In this document: positions 20,940 to 33,478 of the stretch, piece after piece
Position numbering within the stretch: the stretch's first letter is position 1
Layout of the letters: each line of letters begins with the position of its first letter
Assembly (NCBI GenBank): GCA_965238275.1
Contig: OZ250186.1
Span: 256,001 to 320,000 of the forward strand
Length of the DNA stretch: 64,000 nt
Direction: 5' to 3'
From: Nitrosopumilus sp.
GTDB lineage: Archaea; Thermoproteota; Nitrososphaeria; Nitrososphaerales; Nitrosopumilaceae
Notes under the pieces: model-generated
The model's database searches: none
The model's input: only the letters and a program-made list of their open reading frames with translations
Told to the model about the DNA's origin: nothing
Translations under genes and position numbers: made by a program

Positions 20940-21883
20940 CGTTCGGTAATACGTAGAGACGGCCTGGCACATGTCCGAAAATGTCCGATAATATTCAGAA
21001 ACAAACAGTCTGCGCTTTCCTTGAAGTCAGCATTCTTCCACGGCGTTCAGGTACGGTGAGTCCTTGAGGAAATACATGATCTTGATGTTTTTGGTCGTGC
21101 AAAGGAATTCTTTTACTCATTTTGAGTGGTGCTGCGGGGCCCGGTCTACCGTCACCGCTACCTTGCCAAAGTGCCCGTGCATATTCTTGAGGTATCTGAC
21201 AAACGTGAACCCGTCAAATTTCTCATGCGTCCGGAAGAACTGCCTGCCGTCCTGAGAAATCGAGCCGTACACTGTGATCCTCTTGTGGCTACCGGTGTAC
21301 GGTACGCTTATGGAATGACCCACCCGGGACCAGTACTTGCGGCCGACTATCACGTCGTGTATGAAAATTGCCTCGTCCTTCATTAATACGGTGAAACCAT
21401 CCTTTTCTAGGCGTGAAACGTGCTTGTTGAAGCAATATTTCCAGTTCCGCACCACCCTCTTGTTGGCCCTGTTGATGTGGACCTTGCGCGGTACCTTTGG
21501 AGACAGGCCGTGCTGGCGCATGATTTTTCGGACGTACGTGATGTGAAGTTTTACGCCAGTGTCCTTGCGTATGCTCTGCTGCAGTTCCGAGGGTGTAATT
21601 CCAAGGCAGGGTACCCTTGCAATTATTCCATCAATGACATCTCGCGGAATTCTTCTGGGTCGTCCTCATCGGGGAAGATCACGGAGGCCTTGCAGGCCCC
21701 CGTCGTCGAAGCGGCGCAACCAGTTACAGACCCAGCTTGGGCTACGTCTCTGGATGTCGGTAACCTAGTCCACGGTCATGTTGCGCACGCGAACCATGCG
21801 TACGTGACCATCCGGATTCTGACCCTGTAATCTTTTTCTTTTCTGTACGCCTTTTCGAGTTATTCCAGTTTGGCGTCGTCCAT
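20940..21883 (-). pseudogene. Degenerate IS630-family transposase
   Basis: HTH plus DEAIF and DRAPQH fragments broken by stops/frameshifts; homologous to 41085-41745. Confidence 0.75.
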
Positions 21884-22160
21884 ATCTCACTGAAGGGAGC
21901 CTGATCTAGAAACTTTGCGGTTGGCTAGGGTATTTGCTCAAAAACTTTTGCGCGTCAGTATACACTCTCGGAATACAGAGTGGTATCTAAAAATAGAATG
22001 GTTCATCCATCTTGATGTGTGCTCAGTGTTGATTATTCCGGCACGTATCCTATCTTGGATTTGATCCAGTTTTCGCTTACCTTTCCTTCCTTATAGGCAC
22101 GTATGCAGCCTGTTTTCGTTATTCCGTTTTTTTCAGCTTCCTCACATCCCTTGGCCCATT

Positions 22161-23745
22161 AGAAAATATGCGTAATCCCCCTGTTCACATCGATAAATTT
22201 AGATCAGGCACGATCGCGTCTCACATCAAATGCCAGACTCGCCTGATCAGATCATGCACAGATTGGAACAGGAAAACAGAAGCCTAAAAAATATTCTAAA
22301 GCAGAAAGACAAAAAGCTGGAACAGAAAGACAAAAAGCTGGAACAGAAAGACAAAAAGCTGGAACAGAAAGACAAAAAGCTGGAACAGAAAGACAAAAAG
22401 CTGGAACAGAAAGACAAAACCCTAAAAAATATTCTAAAGCAGAAAGACAAAAAGCTGGAACAGAAAGACAGGGAGTTGGGCCTTGAACGCGGCCTGTGGA
22501 AGAGCAGGAACGATGGCTGGAACCCCGGCAAGGGGCCAGCGTTGCACCTGCTAGAGGTGCTAGACGGCATAATACGCGACGGGGACAAGCTCCGCCATGT
22601 CACGCTGGCAGACGGGGAACAGTTCCGGTACATGCTGGAGCGGGCCAAGGTGTTTCTGACGCATTCGGGCCAGATGCCGCTGTTCCGCGATAACGCATCC
22701 CGGGTCTCCGATCCCGGAAACCGGTGCAAACTGTACCTGAGACACGCACTGCTCCTAGCACTTATCCGCAAAAAGGACAACCCCGCCCAAGGCGTGCTTG
22801 CCGCATTCTTCGGGATAGACCAGACCACCGTGTCCCGGTACATTCCGGTGATGGATGCGATGCTGGCAGGAATACTTCCGACGGCAGACAACATATCCGA
22901 GGAGGTAGCTGCTGCCCCGACCAAGGAGGATTTCAAGAAGATCGTGCCCGGGTCCGACGGGGGCGAGATATTCATAGACGGCACGCACTGCCCCGTGCAG
23001 CGCCCGTCTGTAAAGTCAGTCCGGCGCATGAAATACTCCGGCAAGAAGAAAAAGTTCACCAACAATACCAACGTGTACGCCAACCGGGACGGGGTGGTGA
23101 TCGGCATATCAAAAAGCACCGTCGGGTCAGTCGGCGACATCACGCTGCTCAAGGAACGCCCCATGCCGTTTGGAAAGTGGGAGGAGGCGATGCACGATCC
23201 GGATCTGCCAGAATCAGACAGGTGCCACCCCTTCGTCGACCGCGGCTACCAGGGAATCGCAGACCACCTGCCCGGCACCACGCCGGAGATCCCGTACAAG
23301 AAGACCAGGGACACGCCGCTGACGCCGGAGCAAAAAAAGCACAACCACAGGATCAACTCCACCCGGGTGTTGGTGGAGCACGCCATAGGCAGGCTCAAGC
23401 GCTACGCGCGTCTTGCCGACCCGTACGACGGCAACGCGGCGCAGTTCAACCGGGAGTTCAACGTGATCACCGGGCTGGTAAACCTGAACCTTTTGTGGGA
23501 CTGCATGGAAAAGGGCCCGCCACCACCGGGGCAGTGGAAGACGTCAGTAGACTGGGACAGGGCCTGCTCCCAAGCTCCGGTCAAGTAGAATTCAGGGCAC
23601 GATGAAGTGCTGCAAGGCTGCGCACGTCATTTTGGATTTTGGGGTGAACGGACTTGCCACATACCAGACACGACTAGTTTTAGGCCGTATTTTTCCGGTT
23701 TTTTATGGCCGGGTTGGCAAAATGGGTGGATTACGCATATCTTCT
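22161..23745 (+). mobile_element. IS5-family (DDE_Tnp_4) element copy 1; transposase 22230-23588
   Basis: TIR AGA(A/G)AATATGCGTAATCC / GGATTACGCATATCTTCT; 3-bp TSD ATT; IDGT, DRGYQG and RVLVEH motifs. Confidence 0.9.
22292..22470 (+). repeat. In-frame 21-bp repeats encoding QKDKKLE heptads
   Basis: CAGAAAGACAAAAAGCTGGAA units; arrangement differs among the three IS copies. Confidence 0.9.
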
Positions 23746-23748
23746 ATT

Positions 23749-25345
23749 AGAGAATATGCGTAATCCCCCTGTCCACATCGATAAATTTAGATCAGGCACG
23801 ATCGTGTCTCACATCAAATGCCAGACTCGCCTGATCAGATCATATACAAGTTGCAGCAGGAAAACAAAAGACTAAAAAATATTCTAAAGCAGAAAGACAA
23901 AAAGCTGGAGCAGAAAGACAAAAAGCTGGAGCAGGAAAACAAAAGCCTAAAAAATATTCTAAAGCAGAAAGACAAAAAGCTGGAGCAGAAAGACAAAAAG
24001 CTGGAGCAGGAAAACAAAAGCCTAAAAAATATTCTAAAGCAGAAAGACAAAAAGCTGGAGCAGAAAGACAGGGATCTGGGCCTTGAGCGCGGCCTGTGGA
24101 AGAGCAGGGACGATGGCTGGAACCCCGGCAAGGGGCCCGCGCTGCATCTGCTAGAGGTGCTAGACGACATAATACGCGACGGGGACAAGCTCCGCCATGC
24201 CACGCTGGCAGACGGGGAACAGTTCCGGTACATGCTGGAGCGGGCCAAGGTGTTTCTGACGCATTCGGGCCAGATGCCGCTGTTCTGCGATAACGCATCC
24301 CGGGCCTCCGATCCCGGAAACCGGTGCAAGCTGCACCTGAGGCACGCGCTGCTCATGGCGCTGATGCACAAAAAGGAAAACATCACGCAGGGAACGCTTG
24401 CCGCGTTCTTCGGGATAGACCAGTCCACCGTGTCCCGGTACTTTCCTGTGATGGACGCGATGCTGGCAGGAATACTTCCGACGGCAGACAACATATCCGA
24501 GGAGGTAGCTGCTGCCCCGACCAGGGAAGATTTCAAGAAGATCGTGCCAGGATCGGATGGGGGCGAGATCTTCATAGACGGCACGCACTGCCCCATACAG
24601 CGCCCGTCCGTAAAGTCAGTCCGGCGCATGAAATACTCCGGCAAGAAGAAAAAGTTTACCAACAATACCAACGTGTACACCAACCGGAACGGGGTGGTGA
24701 TCGGCATATCAAAAAGCACCGTCGGGTCAGTCGGCGACATCACGCTGCTCAAGGAACGCCCCATGCCGTTTGGAAAGTGGGAGAAGGCGATGCACGATCC
24801 GGACCTGCCAGAATCAGACAGGTGCCACCCATTCGTCGACCGCGGCTACCAGGGAATCGCAGACCACCTGCCCGGCACCACGCCGGAGATCCCGCACAAG
24901 AAGACCAGGGACACGCCGCTGACGCCGGAGCAAAAAAAGCACAACCACAGGATCAACTCCACCCGGGTGTTGGTGGAGCACACGATAGGCAGGCTCAAGC
25001 GCTACGCGCGCCTCACCGACCCGTACGACGGCAACGCAGCCGGGTTCAACAGGGAGTTCAACGTGATCACAGGGCTGGTAAACCTGAATCTTTTGTGGGA
25101 CTGCATGGAAAAGGGCCCGCCGCCACCGGGGCAGTGGAAGACGTCAGTAGACTGGGACAGGGCCTGCTCCCAAGCTCCGGTCAAGTAGAATTCAGGGCAC
25201 GATGAAGTGCTGCAAGGCTGCGCACGTCATTTTGGATTTTGGGGTGAACGGACTTGCCACATGCCAGACACGAGTAGTTTTAGGCCGTATTTTTCCGGTT
25301 TTTTATGACCGAGTTGGCGAAATGGGCGGATTACGCATATCTTCT
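23749..25345 (+). mobile_element. IS5-family element copy 2, tandem to copy 1; transposase 23818-25188
   Basis: Same TIRs; 3 bp from copy 1; truncates the IS481 transposase. Confidence 0.9.
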
Positions 25346-26311
25346 AATGCCATGAGTGGGGTCTCGCGGTTGGCAATGTCCAGCGAAAAGTGCAGGCGTC
25401 TCTCGTTATAGTATTCGACGTACTCTGCCAGGCTCCTGCGGTGACATATTTCATCTTCAAGCGTCCTGTGAAACCGCTCAAGCTTGCCGTTGGTCTGGGG
25501 GTGGTACGGCCTGGAGTTTATCAGCCCTATGCTCAGGTCCAGCAGCTCTGCCTCAAAGGTGGTGGGCTGCCATGATCCGGAAGGCGCCTTCATTCTCTTG
25601 CCGTCCTTCCCCTTCACGTACCTGCCTGTAGCGCCCACAAAGCATGAGCCGTTGTCTGACAGGATGGTGGCAGGAACGCCGAACTGCCTGACTGCATCCC
25701 GGAGAACCTTCACAACGTTCTCGGACGTGGCCTCAGTAAACAGACCCACCCCGGTCACGCATCTTGACGCGTCGTCCAGAAAGGTCACCAGATTGAGCCC
25801 TTTCATGCGCGGATCCTTCATGACATGCCAGTCTGTGTGCCACATGGAGTTGGAATGCCTTCGTTCGTAGCGAACCCACTTTCGTTTTTTGGACTTTGCC
25901 GCAGACGAAACCACCAGGCCGTTCTCCTTCATTATCCGGTATACCCTCTGGTAACCTATATCATGATTTACCTGCAGGTTCATGGCAGTGCGCAGCACGC
26001 CTTGCGGTTCCCGTCTGCATTCATCCAGCACAAGTCGTACTTCCTCTGGGGATGGTGGCCGTGCAGGTCGGCCGGGACGCTGCGGAGTGTCGGCAGTACG
26101 GAACACGGCCCGCAGCCTGCGGACATGTCTTGGCGTCACGCCGATCTCTGCTGCCACTTCCGTCGTGCCCCTGCCCTTGCCGAGCTGTGCCATCGCGTAT
26201 CTGATGGACTTTGCCGTCAGTCGTTTTGCCATCGTTTTTCTTGATCGGTAAAGGACAAGGTAATCCTTTACGTAACGCTTGATCTTAGGCGGACCTAATT
26301 TTCGTACAACA
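25346..26311 (-). mobile_element. IS481-family element, 3'-truncated (transposase likely starts at 26232)
   Basis: rve motifs WHTD, SDNG and PQTNGKLER; TGT left end at 26311. Confidence 0.8.
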
Positions 26312-26558
26312 GAGCTCCCAGCACAGGGCAACAAAGATACGCGAACTGGTTGAGAGAACAGACGGCCTGGAGATAGTCTTTCTGCCGACTGCAACCCCTG
26401 ACCTGAGCGCCATAGAGACGTACTGGAGGGATCTCAAACGGGCAGTGCTTGACGTGCCGTACACCAGCCTGCGGATGCTTCGCGAGGCGATCACCAGGTA
26501 CACGAGGTACAAAAAATCGAATCTGGTAGTCGAGAATTTCCTGTACAGGGCCATCTAG
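26312..26558 (+). pseudogene. C-terminal fragment of an IS630-family transposase
   Basis: Reads ...FLPTATPDLSAIETYWRDLKR... Confidence 0.65.
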
Positions 26559-26776
26559 AACAACATCAAACCGCACCGGATCCATGCAGCCCAGCGTGTG
26601 CCATGCACGGCGCATCAGAGCATGCAATGTCTAATGTTTGGGATGTCTTTTCTCGTCATTTGGGAATTCAATGCACCTCGTAATTTCCAGAGATGGCTGT
26701 CGCATCAAAAATTTATGAGCGATTTTGACATGAATTTTTCATTGCTGGTATGCTCTATAACCTATCCTCCTTTTGG

Positions 26777-27990
26777 GGGTGTGTCCTAGAGACATATACC
26801 CACGGATGACAAAAGATATGGATCGGCAGATCACGGCATCGCCTAATGACTACAAAGAAACGCGATCAACGACAGTACGATTTGGTTCAGCAGTACCTGC
26901 CGGGCCTCATATTGAATACCGTGCTGGGAATAATCAAAGAGCTTGGGGATCCGTACGCCGTCAGGCCCGGCCTAGGCGGCATGACGGCATATCCGCCTGG
27001 TGCCATGGCATCTGTCTGCATCATGCTTGAGGCACAACGCACGACCTATCGCAAAATGGTCGGCATTCTCAGAAGCAACAGTGCCATGGCATCCAAGATA
27101 GGCCTGGACAGAATTCCCTCCAAGAGCACGATAGCACGCGCCTACGGACTGATTCCGGAATGGTATCTGGCAGAGGCACACCGGGTCGTCATCTGGGAGG
27201 TGAATGCAGGCTCCCTGGCAGCAGACAGTACCGGGTACTCGTACCTGCGGTTTGTCAGGTGGTTTAACGTCAGGACAGACAGTTTTCGTACCAGAAAGGG
27301 ATGGGTCAAGCTGCACGCAATCGTGGACATACGCACCAAGGTGATAATCGACTGCATGGTGACTGACAGTGTGACGGCAGACATAAACGGGCTGTACGCG
27401 ATGCTCGGCAGGCTCGGTCGGGGCACCGGCGACTTTTGTCTGGATTCTGCATACCTGGCAAGGCTAATGTGCAACGTGATATCTGCGATGGGAATGGTGC
27501 CCCGCATCAAGCCAAAATCCAACACCGTGTGCAATGCCAAGGGAAGCCAGTCGTGGCGCGAGATGGTAAGCCTGTACATGGATGACAGGGACAGGTTTGA
27601 TACGGAATACCACCAGCGCAGCATCATCGAGGCAGTCTTTGCCGCCCTCAAGAAGATGTATGGGGACTGCACCCGGTGCCGAAGACATGAGAACCGGGCA
27701 AAGGAGATTGTGATCCGTACCATGTGCTACAACATCGAGCTCGTGGCCAGATTGCAGGCAAAAGACGGCAGGCTCACACAGGACCAAATCGCAACACTTG
27801 CAGCGTAACTGACGCGTCTGAACACGCGCCTCCTAGCGGAGCCTCCGCACAGTGCCTTGTATTTGGGGGATTTTATGGATTGTGGATGATCTATGGCGTG
27901 GCACGGTTGGTGCAGACAGGTTCTGGCATCCGTTATGCCTTTGTCATACTGGCACGCGGGATTGGTGTTTTTTATTACTAGGACACACCC
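26777..27990 (+). mobile_element. IS5/IS4-type element; transposase 26846-27808
   Basis: TIR GGGTGTGTCCTAG; 9-bp TSD TCCTTTTGG; ADSTG, DSAY and YHQRSIIE motifs. Confidence 0.88.
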
Positions 27991-28020
27991 TCCTTTTGGA
28001 GCCTTACATCTCTATGCACG

Positions 28021-29316
28021 TCATCGATTCCATTCTTCATATGGGACTTCGAAGTTAGTTGCCGTAAATCCTGACGACGTCACCTTGAAGTTTGGAGAGC
28101 AGTTGTGGATCGAGCTGCCAAGGGTGCTCGTGAGAATGACAGTAGAAATTTCTGTTTCAAGCGTGCCAACACCTTCAATAATATCTACGTTATAACTACG
28201 GCTGTCCCCACACCAGCCAGCGTGCCCAGACGGGGAGAATATTCTAAGGTCATTATAGGTTAATGGCGGGTCAGTCGTAAATGTGAGTACAATTGCATCA
28301 TCATTATTTTTATACAAAGGTCTATCAGAAGAGATTGCCACATCTACCAATGTACGTTGTATGACACTGGTAGCAGACATCTCAACCATGTCCGGATCAT
28401 CCACAAAGGACGCCTGTATGCTTATCATTTCATCCTCTAGATAGTATTTTGGAACCGTATACTCAATGCTTGCAGTGCCAAAATCGTTGGCCGTTACTGT
28501 TTCATCATGCAAGAGTTCTAAATTAGAATCAAATATACGCACCCTTACGTCCTCTGAGACTGCACTTGACAGTTTGATGATTGCTGTATGGGGGGTGTCT
28601 GGGAGCGTGGTTTTTTCAACTTCAAGACTTGTTTTCAGTCCAGCCATCGTTGTTGTGGAAGTGAGTTTTCTATCCCGGTCTCCCTGTAGGAACGCAATCA
28701 TTTCTAGATTCTCATCAATGTTGTAATACTTTGGAAGATAGAAGGTGGATCTTGCAATCCCAAAGTCATCTGCCGTGATGACATCATCATATATCAGATC
28801 GCCGATTGGATTAAAGACCCCAATCTTAATACCTACATCCTGTGACGCGTTGGTCTCAAAGGATATACGTATAGGATCACAGGAATTATAGCTTGATTCG
28901 TCAAATCCTCCGGTTAGGGTATGCTCCTCAGTCGCATCCACAGTCGTTATCTTGGCCGATGCCGGTTCCTGTGCTTCATCACACTCATTTTGCCCATTAT
29001 CAACACTGCTAGAGACCGTGACAGAACTGTCCTCACCAACATCATCATCAGGAACCGTGACAATCCCCTCGTTTATTAGAAACTGAAGAACGGCCACAAA
29101 GTCCTGATCACTTATGTCTCCCTGGGCCCAGAGGAGGGCGGTGTTCTTGACCCAGGTAGGTATGTCAAATGACTGGGCGTAAATTGAACCTGTGCCCAAC
29201 ACCACCAACACGCCCACTACCAAAAGAGACAACATGCGGATCCGGGAATACATTGCTTTTGAATTTGGCATGCGGGAAAGAGTCTTGAAAAACATAATTC
29301 TGCCTATTGTATGCAT
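28021..29316 (-). CDS. Secreted/surface protein with thaumarchaeal IPxWVKN domain and beta-rich repeats (start probably downstream of 29316)
   Basis: Hydrophobic signal, IPTWVKNTALLWAQGDISDQDF, internal repeat TADDFG/TANDFG..PKYY. Confidence 0.75.
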   Translation of the reverse strand: MHTIGRIMFFKTLSRMPNSKAMYSRIRMLSLLVVGVLVVLGTGSIYAQSFDIPTWVKNTALLWAQGDISDQDFVAVLQFLINEGIVTVPDDDVGEDSSVTVSSSVDNGQNECDEAQEPASAKITTVDATEEHTLTGGFDESSYNSCDPIRISFETNASQDVGIKIGVFNPIGDLIYDDVITADDFGIARSTFYLPKYYNIDENLEMIAFLQGDRDRKLTSTTTMAGLKTSLEVEKTTLPDTPHTAIIKLSSAVSEDVRVRIFDSNLELLHDETVTANDFGTASIEYTVPKYYLEDEMISIQASFVDDPDMVEMSATSVIQRTLVDVAISSDRPLYKNNDDAIVLTFTTDPPLTYNDLRIFSPSGHAGWCGDSRSYNVDIIEGVGTLETEISTVILTSTLGSSIHNCSPNFKVTSSGFTATNFEVPYEEWNR

Positions 29317-29370
29317 ATATATGTAGTTATCATACAGATATTTAACCGTGCCGTTGAACAGGGTAACTAT

Positions 29371-29511
29371 GTGGCACGCAAGCGAATTACAGTCAGTATC
29401 GATGCCAAGGTCTTGGACTGGATTGACTCCAAGGTAGAGGAGGGATTATTTTTTAACAGATCGCATGGCTTTGAGCATACAATCAAGAAGCGTATGCAAG
29501 AAGAGCCGTAG
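29371..29511 (+). CDS. Ribbon-helix-helix (CopG/Arc) DNA-binding protein
   Basis: RKRITVSIDAKVLDWIDSKVEEGLFFNRSH. Confidence 0.7.
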   Translation: MARKRITVSIDAKVLDWIDSKVEEGLFFNRSHGFEHTIKKRMQEEP

Positions 29512-29699
29512 GCCCATCACATGAATTACATGAAGGTGTCGGAGATCTTCACGTTCATTTGTCACGTGTAGACCATGCGAACAACAAGCACCCCTGCGTG
29601 CACCCTGTGATCTTTTTCTTTCCGATACGTCCTTTTCAGATCTTCCCGTCTTGTAGCGTCCATGGCGGCTCTGTTCAAAATTGAATACATGATAACCCT

Positions 29700-31954
29700 G
29701 GGCCAGCATAAAAAATGACACCATAGATGTAGTTTGTTTCACAACCCTGCCCAGCATCCATGCCAGTCATTCCAGAATGGCATCGCCGTCTGCCCATGCC
29801 GCCGTCAAGACGACACAAGCCAACAAAAATCAATACGATGATCAACCATCTTAGGCAGAAAAGCACAAGGATCAGATCAACTGTGTGCAATCATGGACAG
29901 GAATGAAGAAAAACCGGCCAAGCAGAAATCGCGGCTAAAGATAACGCACGCCCAAAACGATGCCAGGTACGTGGAGATGGGCAAGCTGCTCCACCTGCAA
30001 AAGGATCCCGGCTCTGACGGAGAACTGGATCGCATGAACGCAAACAAGAACGGGCGCCCATACCAGTACCCGGACGTGGCCGTGATGGCAATTGCAGGAA
30101 TACGCTCAATCTACGGCACCCTGTCGTACCGAATGTGTCAGGGGATGGCCATGTCGGCACTTGGCCAAGAGGACGCCCCAGACCACGTCACACTGTGGAG
30201 AAGGATACGCGGCATGAAAGTGCGGCAGGAGGGTGGCGTGACTGCAATCCAAAACGGCAGCGACGTCTTGTGCCTGGTGCCTGACGCCACCGGACTCGCA
30301 CCCTCCACGCGCAGCGACTGGATACACCACAAGCACAGAAAGGTGCGCGGATTCATCAAGCTGAGCGTCATGATAAACCAGGAGACGAGGGAAATACTGG
30401 CCTTCAGGGTGACTGACGAGAGGAAAGGCGACTCGTCCCAGTTCAATGATCTCGTAGACGACTCGCTGAAGATTCTCGGCCTGGATGCGGCAGGACTCAG
30501 GGACGGCGTCGGCAAGGCGAAGGTAAGGGAAGCACGGCGTGCAGCAGGTTCCAAAAAATCCCAAAGCAAGGATCATCCCGATGCCGGGGATGTCCCGGAC
30601 GGATCCTGTGCGGCCGGCGTCGAGAACGCGACCGGGCCGTACGGCCGTGTGCCTTTCTGCCCGGTCATGCACGCAGGGGGAGGGCAGATCGTAATAGAAC
30701 TGCGTGGAGATGCAGGATACGACACGAGGGCGATATTCGAATACTGTCACAGATTAGGCATCGTGCCGCTCATCAGGATAAAGAAAAACGCCAACGGCCG
30801 GGCCAATGGAGTGGGCAGGACGCGCGGGCTTGCCGCGCAGGATCAGATGTGTGGCAGCAACCCCAGTCCGAAGAAGCTGGCCTCGCTAGACGTGGACGAA
30901 CGCGTCTCCAACCAAAAGGAATGGAAGGAGCGCGTGGGGTACGGGCGGCGATGGCTGGTAGAGATCGTATTCTCGTCACTCAAAAGGATATTTGGCTGCT
31001 CGGTCAACGCGGTAAAGATGGAAAACATAGTACAAGAGATTGCAATAAGGATCCGGACATACAACATGCTGCTGGCAGTGGCACGTGAGGCGATAGCGAT
31101 GGCGTGAACAAAACGGCCATGTTTTGGCGTCGTTGAAATTTGGATGACGGTAAGGCATAGTTGTGAAACTAACTACCATAGATGCAAGGACCCTTGCCCA
31201 CCTGCTGAGGTCCAACCTGGTCGCAGCCTGCCACATAGGCTCGGCCGAATCCAGGGGGATCAAGCAGGTCCTCAGATACCAGATGACCCTGGTGCGGGAC
31301 CGCACTAAAGTGATCAACTCCGTGCACGCGCTGACAGACAAGTACGACATAAATCCAAAAGATGGCGGTGCCCACGTCTGGAACGGAAAGGCCCTGAGGT
31401 ACCTTGAAGAGGCAGACATGAGGAACCTGCAGGACAGGTTCGTGCTAGACGGCTACATATCGCAGATACGCCACTACAACGACGGGATCAAAAGAACCGA
31501 ATGCGAGATCAAGGGATACGTCCGGGACTCCCACGCTCCAAAGATACTGCTGAGCATGACGGGAATGAACGTGTTTTCTGCGGCGCTGCTGGCAGCGGAG
31601 ATCGACACCATCGCAAGGTTTGGGAGTCCAAAAAAGCTGGTATCTTGGGCCGGCATGTGCCCGACGCTTCACCAGTCAGGCGACACGTCATACCACGGCA
31701 GGATGAAAAAGGATTCGAACCGGAAGGTCAACTGGATCATGATCCAGTGCGCGCTTACGGCAGTGCGCCATGACAAGAGGATGAAGGAATACTACACGCG
31801 TCTCATGAAGAGACACAGGCACAACATCGCCATGACGCATGTGGCAAACAAGATGCTGACGATCATCTGGCACATGCTGACAGAAGGCAACCTGTACGAG
31901 GATAGAAACGAGAAACTGTACCGCGCCAAGATCAAAGAGGTCATGAGGGCGTAG
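29700..31954 (+). pseudogene. IS110-family recombinase, 5'-truncated and interrupted by IS5
   Basis: Removing the IS restores IKNDTIDARTLAHLLR; HQSG and VANKMLTIIWHML motifs. Confidence 0.8.
29730..31175 (+). mobile_element. IS5-family element, same element as 733-2178 in opposite orientation; transposase 29893-31107
   Basis: Identical 404-aa protein; same TIRs; 9-bp TSD CCATAGATG. Confidence 0.92.
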
Positions 31955-32564
31955 ACGCGGAACCGGCGGTGTCAGTAGACGATGATGATGCCGGATCTAG
32001 CGGATGCTGTATACAAATTATGGGAATGACGGGTGTTTTTACATGAATGCTGGGGGGCCAGCCCCCCAGACCCCCCGAAGGAGGATTATGCACGTCACCC
32101 CGCGGGGCAAAAAGCCATTTTTCTGCTGATCCGGCAGGATTCTACTCGCAGGTAATGCTTAAGAAGACAAAAAACATACCCAAAGTGACAAGTTGGACGC
32201 AAAACCTGGATAAGTCCGGGGATGGGTTAACATAGATGTGGATCCCAACCAACATCCATCCAACCAATACGTGTCAGATCACCCGATTTGAACAGAGTCT
32301 CCATGGCCAACACAAGATCATCAGATCCACATGCCTTTCGTTTTATTTGGAACGAATTTTGGCGTGTCGCTATACATCAGGTCCTATGTCAACGAGCATT
32401 CGAAGTCACTTCACAGGTAGCCGATAGACCAGCGATGGGTCAAGCAGCAGAGTCCGGATGTTTCGTTCATGATACCCGGTGTTTCCGCTAACATCAGGCA
32501 AAATTTTGCCTAAAGTTACACCGTTCCAGATATAACTCGGCAAAAAGACCACACGTAATCTCGG

Positions 32565-33227
32565 TTAGTCCATTTTTGCTGATTCCTTTTTTATGAGATC
32601 TGCCAGATTCTTATAATCCTCCCTTTCCTTGTCCGTTGCATGTTCCTTGCCCGGCATTTCCCACATCAGCCACGTCAATACTACGCTTTCATGTTCCAAT
32701 GCTTCCAGTCGTTCCTTGTTGTATTTTGAATCACTTTCCACAGCAGCGTGCCTTGCCGCGACCTTCGGATCCGGTTCTATCCGCAGCCTCTCGGTGTCTG
32801 CTGCCATCATATTGTCATAACATTTCAGCAGATCGTCTTCTGCCTTGGCCTTATCCCTCTTTGCTCCCAGTTCATCACGCACCTTTCTAAATGCGTTATA
32901 GTTGGCTCTTTCCTCATCTGTTCGTCTCCGAAATTCCGGTTTGGGTTTCCATGCCGGCTTGGATATGGTTTTGATGTTACTGGCTTTATCCGTGGTCTTT
33001 CTTTGTGGTTCGGATTCTTCCGATTTCATCTTCTTCAGTGCTTCCTCTACGGTTTCCTGTTTCCCGACAATGAATCCATCCGTGCGTTCAAATATTCGGA
33101 GTTGCATGCCCTTCTCGATTTCCAGTCTTCCTGCAAGTTGTTTTGGTATTGTGAGTACCAAGCTGGTGTTGTTTGTCGTTACGGTGCGTATCCAGTCTCT
33201 TGCGATCTTCTTTTTTGCCATACGCAC
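32565..33227 (-). CDS. AbrB/MazE/SpoVT-type DNA-binding protein with helical extension
   Basis: SLVLTIPKQLAGRLEIEKGMQL motif. Confidence 0.7.
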   Translation of the reverse strand: MRMAKKKIARDWIRTVTTNNTSLVLTIPKQLAGRLEIEKGMQLRIFERTDGFIVGKQETVEEALKKMKSEESEPQRKTTDKASNIKTISKPAWKPKPEFRRRTDEERANYNAFRKVRDELGAKRDKAKAEDDLLKCYDNMMAADTERLRIEPDPKVAARHAAVESDSKYNKERLEALEHESVVLTWLMWEMPGKEHATDKEREDYKNLADLIKKESAKMD

Positions 33228-33289
33228 GTCTTGTTTTTGACCAATTATAAGGATTTCTCAATTACATGTGTTTTACATGTAAAAAATAA

Positions 33290-33309
33290 GATTTGCAATA
33301 TACTATTTT
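33290..33309. promoter_or_regulatory. Second copy of GATTTGCAATATACTATTTT
   Basis: Exact match to 6215-6234 at a similar distance from the AbrB start. Confidence 0.6.
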
Positions 33310-33458
33310 TCTTATTCCCCCAATATTCTGTCAAAAACAGGTGTTAAATTCTGTCAAAATAAGACCAGTGATTCAACACCGTCTCTTAAACTGAACCAGA
33401 CTGAGTAGATCCAGTCAACCATTTGCCCCCTTCGGTGGTTTGTCCGGAAGCAACACGA

Positions 33459-33478
33459 CGTATTACATTTGTAATACG
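33459..33478. promoter_or_regulatory. Perfect 9-bp inverted repeat, candidate operator
   Basis: CGTATTACA-TT-TGTAATACG; TTACAT also recurs at 33262, 33273 and 33482. Confidence 0.4.

Noticed and set aside
22247-25205. Long antisense and alternate-frame ORFs within the IS copies
   Set aside because: These are by-products of GC-rich codon usage and the 21-bp repeats.
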